A DNA stretch of 64,000 nucleotides, taken from positions 184,016,001 to 184,080,000 of the forward strand of contig NC_042998.1 in the NCBI RefSeq assembly GCF_006345805.1, written 5' to 3'. The position numbers were made by a program, and so were the translations under genes. Shown piece by piece: positions 13,127 through 22,893 of the stretch. Each line of letters opens with the position of its first letter. The stretch's first letter is position 1. Source of the DNA: Octopus sinensis. Lineage: Eukaryota. Under the pieces are notes generated by a model. The model had not been told where the DNA came from, made no database searches, and saw only the letters and a list, made by a program, of their open reading frames with translations.

Positions 13127-13141
13127 CCCTGTACGTAGCAT
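13127..13141 (-). CDS. PRDX3: Putative PRDX3 exon 1 coding part (MLRTG)
   Basis: ATG CTA CGT ACA GGG|gtaatt. Phase 0 fits exon 2 and gives the presequence-like MLRTGLCRLQQF. G at -3 of the ATG. About 100 bp from an NRF1-type motif in a CpG-rich zone. Confidence 0.6.
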
Positions 13142-13243
13142 GACTGATGTGCATTAAACAAAGAAAAATTGATAAATTAAACAAGTTTTTTAGTCGCAGT
13201 TGCAAACCCGCAAAACGTTATCGACGGCACAGTTAGAAATCAA

Positions 13244-13253
13244 TGCGCATGCG
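13244..13253. promoter_or_regulatory. NRF1-type motif TGCGCATGCG, candidate PRDX3 promoter element
   Basis: Close match to the NRF1 palindrome (TGCGCATGCGCA) just upstream of the putative first exon of a nuclear-encoded mitochondrial gene. Confidence 0.5.
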
Positions 13254-13475
13254 TCATATCACTTAGTAAAGATACAGGTGCTCCTACCGTGGCTATCCCA
13301 GCGTGTAATTCAATTTCTTTTATAGATGCAATATACGTAGCGCTATACTATCCTGTTAGAATACATTTTTGAGTTATCTTTCAAATAATTTGTTAGTTTT
13401 TTTTTCTTCTCTTGTTAAGGCTTCTGGCTGTGATTAAAGAAAAGCAATTCCCCTCCTCCGACCAAAAACAGAAAG

Positions 13476-13900
13476 GGCGGAATTCTGGTTTAAGCACCTC
13501 AAATAACTCCCTTTACTTTTTTGGAATTTTCAGAAAATTTTAGCGAATTTGTGTTCTTCACATGGGGGAATTCATACGATTATGAAAAAAAAAAAATTTT
13601 TGATTTTACGATCTTTTTAAATATCAGTCTTTAAATTATAGGCACTCCGAATTTTTGGTTTTAATCTCAGTAATGGGCCATTAAATGTGTTTATGAGGAG
13701 AAAGATATTGGAAAACATCAATGCATGTCGGACTGACACGAAGAAAGAAGGAAAGTAAATCGTGAGATGAACGAAAAGTAACAGCTAAATAGCCCTTAAA
13801 TCATACATGCACACAAATTTTTTAATGTTTTAGCATAATCGTATGAATTCCCATGAGTAAAACAAAGTTATAAAGGGTGCTTAAACTAGAATTCCGCTCC
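13476..13900. mobile_element. MITE-like element with nested inverted repeats
   Basis: gcggaattctggtttaagcacc vs ggtgcttaaactagaattccgc; inner catgggggaattcatacgattatg vs cataatcgtatgaattcccatg. No TSD established. Confidence 0.55.
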
Positions 13901-13966
13901 AACAAAGTAACATTTTTCGCAGCTAAAATATATTTTATTCTACTATCTCTACATATAAAAGTTCAG

Positions 13967-14553
13967 ACGGAAAGACTTCTCCCCGCCACCCATTTTCTCG
14001 CAAATTATTGTTTCTTTTAAATTTATTTTGCCATAAACCCACGTTTCCGGAAAATTGCGAAAAATCGGAATTTTGAAATTTATTTGCCCCCCCCCCTACT
14101 TCTTCCCCCAAATTCTTCATTTTTCACTTTTTTCCATAAACCTAACCCTAAAACCCCAACCCTAATCCTAACCCTAATCCTGACCCTAAAACCCTAACCC
14201 CAAGTCGAAAAATTTTTTGAAATTTTTTTTCAAAATCATAATTTTTCTGCATATTTTGACAAAGGAAGAAAATTGTGAAAAAAAAATTCTACGGAAATTT
14301 TTGGAAATTCCTTTCAGAACCCTGATCTCCATATTTTACCTCATATTTTGAAAAAAAAAAAATTGTGAAAAAAGTTGAAAATGAAGAATTTAGGAGGCGG
14401 GGGGGATGGTAATTTAAAGATGCTGATTTTTGCCAATTTTTTTGCAGATTTGTATTCTCCATAGCTGGAAACAGGGTTTTGTGTGGAAAAAAGAATTAAA
14501 TAAAAAAAAAGGGGTGTTTTGGAGGTGGGGGAGTACAAAGGAAGTCTTGCCGT
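13967..14553. mobile_element. Non-autonomous TIR element with 4-bp TSD (TCAG) and internal telomere-like (TAACCC)n repeats
   Basis: Ends acggaaagacttc / gaagtcttgccgt. tcag at 13963-13966 and 14554-14557. Degenerate ccctaa repeats at ~14140-14200. Confidence 0.7.
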
Positions 14554-14832
14554 TCAGACGACCTTTCACTGATTGTTTTGGTTTCAATGGAAGAAACACA
14601 AAGTTGATTTGTCGTTAATAGTGAAATACCTAATGTTTCGAACACACTTGTTCTATGGCTGCAGGAAAGTAAATGAGAATAGAAACAGGTGAGACAATAA
14701 CATGGAATGGTAGGTACGGTCCCCAGGGATGGGCAAGATGGGTGTGTGAGAAGGATTAAAGTGAGAAGTGGATTAAAAGTTTGTAGGGAAAGTCAGATCA
14801 AGTGAAAGGTTAAAATGAAAGTGAAAACTCAT

Positions 14833-15016
14833 GGGTGCAGGAGTGACTGTGTGGTAAGTAGCTTGCTTACCAACCACATGGTTCCGGGTTCAGTCCCACT
14901 ACATGGCATCTTGGGCAAGTGTCTTCTACTATAGCCTTGGGTCGACCAAAGCCTTGTGAGTGGATTTGGTAGACGGAAACTGAAAGAAGCCCGTTGTATA
15001 TATGTATATATATATA

Positions 15017-15070
<54 letters not shown>

Positions 15071-15260
15071 CTGTGTTTGTCCCTATAACCGATGCTGGTG
15101 TGCTTATGTCCTCTGTAACTTAGCGGTTCGGCAAAAGAGACCGATAGAATAAGTACTAGGCTTACAAAAAATAAGTCCTGGGGTCAATTTGCTCAACTAA
15201 AGGCGGTGCTCTAGCATGGCCACAGTCACATGACTGAAACAAGTAAAAGAGTAAAGAGTA
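14833..15260 (+). mobile_element. tRNA-derived SINE, full length; extra 3' half at ~15280-15440
   Basis: ggagtgactgtgtggtaagtagcttgcttaccaaccacatggttccgggttcagtccc head, (TA)n(TG)n centre, family 3' end. Confidence 0.9.
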
Positions 15261-16029
15261 TATATATCTATGAATATGTATGTGTGTTTATGTCCCTGTA
15301 ACTTAGCAATTCGGCAAAAGAAGCCGATAGAATAAGTACTAGGCTTTAAAAGAATAAGTTCTGGGGTCGATTTGCTTGACTAAAGGTGGTGCTCTAGCAT
15401 GGCCGCAGTCAAATGACTGAAACAAAAGAATAAAAGAAAAGACTCAGGCAAGTAATTTAAATATGGAGTGAGAAGACAGCACCATGGACAACAAGACAAC
15501 AGGAGAATAAAATGGATGTTAAAAAAATAAATAACTCAGAAGCTGAGGAAGATTGAAAGTAAGTAATGAATTTTAAGGAGTGGTAAGAATTGGTTCAAAA
15601 CATAGGGGTAGGGAAGAGAGCAGACTGTTGAAAAGTAAAACATGATAATAAAAAAAAAGACAAAAAAAAAACAGGGTTTGAGTTAGGAGCTAGATAGGAA
15701 TATGATTCAATATTGGGTATGGAAACCTATAGGAGTGTATCCATGTTTAGATGTAGTGTGTAGGCGAGTAGTGGTGTTTTTCTGGGTGGGGTGAGTAAGC
15801 ATGTTTATGTGTGCAAGTGTGGAAGCTATGTGTTTTATGCAGTTTAATGAGATGAGGTATTGGTATGTGTGTGTGTGGTATTGTATTATATATGTGTGTG
15901 GAGACTGTAGGAGTGGGTGCTGGTGTGAGGTGAAAGGTAAGGCTAGAGGAGTATGGATTGTGTACAAGGGTATGGGTATTTTGGACTCTAGATTACAATT
16001 GAGACCATCCTTACCAGTGTTAATTTTTT

Positions 16030-17160
16030 AGTTGGACCTGGGTACCTGTTCATACAGGCTTTACCGCAAACCAAATGAAAGGCTGTTGTACATTAACACA
16101 GCCTCCTGCTGCCCACCTATCATGTTCAAGAACCTAGAGAAGAGTGTTAGTAAAAGGATCTCAAACCTGTCTTCCAGTAAAGAAGTTTTCAATGCCACAG
16201 CTTCCTATTATAACGAGGCTCTGGCATCCTGTAGGTTTAAGGACTGTATCTCCTATATGCTGGGTCTTAACACCCGCAAAAGGAAGAGCTACCATAAAAT
16301 CATTTGTTTTATCCCACTCTTCTCACCTATCATCAAAACTTGTGTGAGAAGGATATTCCTTAGATTGGTGGACAAACACTTCACACATAAATATGGGCGA
16401 GTGTTTACTAGACACAACTTAAAGGTTTCTTTCAGCTGTGCACCCAGCAATAAAAGAAATATTAGTGAATACTGTTAGACCACACAGAGAGGCATGCTGC
16501 TCATGCAGGGTTAACAATAAGTGCTCAGTGGGGAGAGAGTTGATGCAGCTCTTAAGGTGAAGTGTATGAAGCAGAGGTGGTGACTAGCACTGGCCACGGT
16601 AATGGCACCGACAACACACCTGCCAATAACAATGACAGCAACAGCAAATGCAGCGAGTCAAGCAGCACTGGCAGTTATGTCAGCAAGCATGACAACTAGA
16701 ACAGCAATAAAAGCACCAACAATGCATCTGGCAGTAGCAGCACCAGCAGCCTTGATGGTGGAAACTGCAGCACAAGTATCGTGTCCAGCAATAACAGATG
16801 TGATACCGGCAGCAGCACCAGCAAAAGGTCAGGTTGACAATGACAACAGCATTGGCAAAGATAACGGCAGCAACTGTAATACCACCAGCACAAAGGCAAA
16901 GACACAGATATACATCAGATCTACAGGTGGCCTGTTTAAGCATCAACTTAACAATCACAGGCTCTCCTTTAGGATACAAGAGAGGTGCAAAATCACATCC
17001 CTGGCCAGCTATGTATGTTGTTTTAGAGAATAGGATACACCATACATAAATGGAGGCTCCTAGAACAACTAGGGCCTTATCTTAACAGGAGCATGTAATG
17101 TAAGCTTAACTTAGTCAAAAGAGCAAGAATCCTGAAAAAAATCCCTTGATCCGGGGATCT
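16030..17160 (+). mobile_element. Penelope-like element fragment (RT C-terminus plus GIY-YIG remnant), degenerate
   Basis: YRKPNERLLYINTASCCPPIMFKNLEKSVSKRISNLSSSKEVFN...; later QIYIRSTGGLFKHQLNNHRLSF and WRLLEQLGPY. Confidence 0.75.
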
Positions 17161-18459
17161 TTTTAAATCCATAAAAGAGATATTTAGTCAGTGCACTCAT
17201 CAGAGGAAATTCCTGTTAAAAACATGGAATTCCCCATTTGTCAACTAGGGAAATGCAGCTAACTTTGGCTGGCTTGTCGTGGATATAACTGGAATCGATG
17301 TAAGGAGGATAGCATAACTTCTCCCAAGGTTTTGCCAGGAGAGTTTCATTTCAGAATTTTTTTTGCTTACAAAATTCACTGACCATGATGTTTCCTTCCT
17401 GCTATTTGAGTCTGACTAGTCGCCTACACTATCTGTATTTTAAAACTATGATTAAAAGATAATAAAAAAAAAACTGAAATTTTAGGCTTTATGAAGGGTT
17501 AATGAAAAAATTAAACAGATTTCAATATTGTTTTTAAATCATGTTTGAAAATAAAGTGGGGATTGTAATGGTGATCACTGACTTCCCCCAATTTTTTTTT
17601 TAACCTCCAAGGCTTCATCATCATTTTTAAATGTGTAGTACAAAAAAAAAAAGGCCAAAATTGGTACTGCATGGGGGAGGAGATTTGAAAAAAATTAATA
17701 AATTTTCAAATTTTTTTTAACAAAAAGACATCTATTGTTAACTATGTAGTGTAAAAAGGAAAAAAAAAAGAAACTGGACTAAAAGGTGGGGAATAGGGCA
17801 TTCATAAATTTTCAAGCATTTTTTTCATAAAAAAATTCCCCATATCATTTACAATGGTGTGGTTGAAAAAAAAAATTTCTAAAATCCCTGTCAAAATGAA
17901 GAAAAGCCAACTTTCTTTAAATTCTTTAGAGTGTTTCAGCTTTAAAGCTGTGATCATGCTGAGGTACCACCATTGTGCTGGGGCACCACCGTTATATTAT
18001 TTAAAACAGCTTGATTCAGTTCCATGAGACTTGAAGTTTTGCAGCTGCCTAATGGGAGCCCGTCTCTGTCATGCTTAGGATATATATATTCTGATTGAAT
18101 CTTCCATGTGTAAACATGTACCTCCTTGTGACAATGTAAACTTTCCTTTAATCAAGATATCCTTGGCCTGAAGAGTAGCCTGTGGTATATACCTTCCTTG
18201 GATATTTACCACTTCCGAGGTTCCACTTGCTATGAAACATATACAGCCTAGATTTTATCTACTCCATTCCTTAACTTTTGCTTTCCATGAAATATAAAAA
18301 GAACTTTCTTCAATTTATCATACTTTGATAAAAAAAAAAAAAGATCTACAACCTTCCACCTCAATAAACCACTATTGTCCTTGAAAGTTGTTTTTTTATA
18401 TTTACTATGGATTGCTTGAAGCTAACTTTCTTCCTACACCTCGATCCTTGGATCTTATA

Positions 18460-18527
<68 letters not shown>

Positions 18528-18779
18528 CAGAGGCGACTCCAAGTCATCAGCGTCACACACACACACACACACATGCATGACATGCACTCACACAGTTTCC
18601 TTCTACCAAATTCACTAACAAGTTATTGTTTAGCCCAGAACTGTAGTAGAAGACACTGGCCAAGATACTGTGCAGTGGGACTGAACTCAAAACTACAAGA
18701 GTTTGAAGTGAGCTTCTCAACCACTCACCCATGCATCTGTTTCATGTTATTATTTTCTCAGTCTATATCACTACCACAA

Positions 18780-19250
18780 ATTTTATTACTTTTGATCTGC
18801 CATGTTTACTCTGCTCATTGTATTTACTCCAATAACATGAACTACACATTCACAGAGGTCCCTTGTCTCAAAATGCAACATCTTGTGAGCAGTCTTTGGT
18901 GCTTTGTTCCAAGTTTTTCCTAGTGTCTCTCTTCTATAAATTCCATTCACTTTGTGTGTGCAGCACTTCTTTAAACAGTTGTCATCCTCCATATGTATCA
19001 TGTATCTACACAAAATCTGATTCCTCTGATATCCAGTCTGCCTTGTGGTCTTTCGATTCCTTAATACTCTGTCACTCATGCATGCTAAAATTACACATCA
19101 GATGTGTAATTCTTCTGATGTGTTACACATTATCAGAAGAACGATGTGTAATTCTTCGGAATTACATGTTATTGAGAAGCTTACTTGCTTTATTTCTTTC
19201 TCATTTCAGCAAAACCTCTGCATTCAGGATCCTTACCTCACTATAAATTA
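18780..19250 (-). mobile_element. RTE LINE 3' fragment
   Basis: ...HMEDDNCLKKCCTHKVNGIYRRETLGKTW, resembling the RTE C-terminal region seen in other copies. Confidence 0.6.
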
Positions 19251-19670
19251 TCAATTTATTAATTGTAAAGATGATTGAATTTAATACTTTCTGACTTGGT
19301 GTTTTAAAAGAAGAAAAAACATTGTAAACAGTTTTGAAAAAGTGATAAGAGAAATTTTGGGAAGCTGAGCTTACAAGCTGATTTTAATTCCCAGTCGTAA
19401 TTATTTGTTTATCTGATGAATGTCATTGCTTTCCAACTTCTAAAAATCTCATGTGATTAAAATTATGTGAGAAATCATGGTTAAACAACCTTGGAACAGT
19501 GTTCCAATCTGATTGAACCTTGATCTGTAATGCCTATGTTCTGATCTTTCATAGTTAATCACTAATGATGGGTTATACCTTAAGGTTTAAAACCTCTGAC
19601 ATGTTCTTGGGAAATGAATACAGAAAGGAATGCAAATGAATATAAAGAAGGATGTATCTAAAAGTATTAC

Positions 19671-19758
19671 CTATTTTAAATGTGTGATATCCATATCCAA
19701 AGTGTAATCTCTGTGAAGTCCTAGATGCAAATTTAACAAACTGTTGAAGTCTGCAGAG
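19671..19758 (-). other. Duplicated copy of PRDX3 presequence exon 2, upstream of the promoter (alternative exon or pseudo-exon)
   Basis: Same acceptor and AG|gtaata donor. 88 nt with an in-frame 6-nt insertion: LCRLQQFVKFASRTSQRLHFGYGYHTFKIG. Part of a ~0.75-kb direct duplication (~7975-8700 vs ~19350-20165). Confidence 0.7.
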
Positions 19759-20381
19759 CTGTGAAATCACATGAAATGAAACAGATAAACTAAGATTAGA
19801 AGACAAAAAAATATATCATTGTAGACCATTAGTTATTAGATGATGAATATTTTACAGTCTACTAGATAACATTTAGAGGGAGAATTTAGTGAAGAAATAA
19901 TCAATAAATAGATCCATTTGATTCTAAAACCAGGAAATAATTCCAGCCAGCTCTACTGGAGTTTGATTAATAAACATGCTCAGACTTTTACCAGGAAAGA
20001 AGTAGAGTGGAAGAGAAGAAAATAGAAGTGATATCATAATGTAAATAGTTGCTGTTAGAGAAATATATTTGCTTGTTTTATTATTTTATTTTTTATTTTT
20101 TAAAGATCTCTGATGTCAGAACATCTCTATTTACAAGAATAGCATTGTATGATGAATGATTTCTCTGTCTCTAGCAATTTCTACCATCTAGTGTGCTTGT
20201 GTGGTTAAGAAGTTTGCTTCTCAGCCAGTTGGTCCCAGGAAAAATTCCCTCTGTGTGGCTCCTCAGGGAAGTGTCTTCTGTCCCAAGCAGAATAAAACTT
20301 TGTGAGTGGATTTGGTAGATGGAAAGTGAAAGAAGCCTATTGCACACGTGTGTGTGTGTGTGGGGGGGTGAGTGAGTGTGT

Positions 20382-20412
<31 letters not shown>

Positions 20413-21357
20413 AGTTGGTATTCCCTTGTCTTGAGATTATATGATTGTTGTAAATGAGCATTGCCATCCTACAAGCAGTGTTCTTCGTTTCCCTAGTTCT
20501 GTGGGAATAAGTCCTGTCATGGGGAAATATTACCTTAGTTGTAAAAAAGATGAGGAATGGCAACAGGAAGGGCATCCTGCTGTAGAAAATTTTCCCCAAC
20601 AAATTCCATCCAAGTCATGCAAGCATGGAAAGGTGGATGGTAAAAGAAGGATGATGATGGTGATGATGTGAGTGGAATATCTATAGGCACTGAAAAGGAC
20701 CCTAATTATGACAACTTGTTTGTTGGTCTCAGTTTAAGTTTACTCAAACAATCTCTGAGTCATGTAGCCTGTACATTGATGACTGTATCAATGTACAGGC
20801 ACACTCATCCAGTTAAGTAAAATCAAGACCATAAAGATGTGTTGTTTATGCTCTTACCTTTGCAGACAATCTGTTCCTAATAAACTTCTCACCAGAGGCC
20901 ACAAACTGCATTCAGTTTTCCAAAAAAATTCAGGTCTCTGTTCAGTTTTGTTGCCAATAATGGAAATATGTTAATTTCTCACAAGTTTACTGTCTATGGC
21001 AACACTCATAATTTTAGTTTGTAATTCCAAAAGTACAATTCAAAGTTTGATCAACTTTTCTTTGATAAAATCTATTCTTTGTACTTTATTGGGTCAAATG
21101 TCCTTATCTAATTCTTTATTTAGGGTCATTAGCATCATCATCGTCATCATCGTCGTTGTTGTCATTGGCATTGGTGTTGGTGGTGCTGTTGGCAGCAGCG
21201 GTGTCAGCGTCATTGGCATCAGTGGTATCCTCATCAGCATATCTGTTTTAACATTCTCATTTCCATACTCGTACGGGTCAGACAAACTTCATTGCAGTAG
21301 ATTTTCTGTGATTAGACACCCTTCCTATCACCAATCCTCATTTGTTTCCAAGCAAGG

Positions 21358-22893
21358 TGTTGTAATCCAATGTCAGACTATTGTAAAGTCCACATTGGTA
21401 CAGCTGTATAGTTAGTTAGACAAGTAAAGACATGACTATCTATGACCAACTCTGCCGACTTCTCAACGTCACAGTATTTGTAACAACCAGCATATACCAC
21501 TCATCACGGGAGGGGTGTTCCATTATTATTATTATCCCTATAACATCTCCCCTTTTAAGTTTTTTTTCTTAGGGAATGTAATTTTATTTCTTTTTATTAG
21601 CAATAGTTTTTACATCACCCCCACTTTCCATTTTGAGTTTTTTTCATACAGTTACAAATTAAAGTTTTTTTGCAATTAGCATCCACTTCTAGGAACTCTG
21701 TACATTTTCTTTTTCTTTCACTCATGCATCTGGGTTCAGTTATTTGTAGTGGCATTGGTACTTGAAAAGTATCATATAACTATTCCATTGATTCTTCTAT
21801 TCTCTTGGGTTCGCTCTTAATAAATCTTTATTTTAGTTGAATTATGTGTCTCTTGTATACCCATTTTCTTAGACAAAACATTGGTTTGTTTCCTGACTTT
21901 TGTCCTGTTTGTACTGTATTTTAGTACACACTTGATTTCTATTCTGCTTGCTCTGTATTTTCCACACACTTGTTTCACTTAGGAGTAACTTTTACTTTTC
22001 AATTTTCTCTGCTTCATGCTTTAGATTTACTATTCTTTCACATTTTTCTGAAAATTGTTTTAAAGTTACAGCTTGGTTTTGTAAAGTTACTGCGAGAATT
22101 CCTGTCCTTACTTCTGTGTCTTTTTCTGCAGCTACTCCCTGAGTAAATATCAGGTTTTAACTTGTCCAGTTTGAACTTTTACATTCTTTGTTAACTCTTC
22201 CAGCATATGTGATGTAGTCCACCTTGTTGTTCTTTTCTAGGTTCAAACATTTCCAGTGTGTATTGAACAATGAGATTTCTCACAAAAAATTTTACACAAT
22301 ATATCTATTGAATTTCTAAAGTTTATGCCAGAAGGTTTTTTGGGTGTACATAATTGCTGTAATGCTCATGTTCTCCTGCTGCCAGTTTTCTTAGGATTGG
22401 ATACATTTTCATATTATAATATACCTCGAAGATAACTCTTTCATCCGGTTCATACTTAAATGCCATTATTGGGTTTGCAACATAATCTGGCAAGAACATC
22501 TTTACAGAATTTTTTGATGACTTGCTATTCATTAATTGCAGCATTTGTTGCTGTAACAGTAATTGTTGTTGTTTTTTTCAGTCGTCGTTGTTGCTGGTTT
22601 TGCAACTTGAGCAAACTGGCCAACAAACCTTCCATAATTTTATGATTTTGTATACCATAAAATTTGCACAAAAAACGTTTGTGAGTTTGACTGTTGCCAC
22701 CACTGTTGTAATCCAATGTTGGACTCTTGTAACATCCACTCCGGTATAGCAGTATAGTTAGTTAGACAAGTAAAGACGTGACTATTTATGACCAACTCTG
22801 CTGACTTCTCGTCGTCACAGTATTTGTAATGACTAGCACATACCACTCGTCATGTGAGAGGGGTGTTCCATTATTATTATTATCCCCATAATA
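21358..22893 (-). mobile_element. Short non-autonomous Gypsy-type LTR element (gag remnant only)
   Basis: LTRs at 21358-21545 and 22704-22893 (TGTTGTA...ATAACA/ATAATA). 5-bp TSD CAAGG on both sides. PPT aaaaggggaga adjacent to the 3' LTR; PBS TGGTGGCAACAGT after the 5' LTR. Gag-like FKYEPDERVIFE...LRKLAAGEHEHYSNYVHPKN and SLFNTHWKCLNLEKNNKVDYITYAGRVNKEC. Confidence 0.9.
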
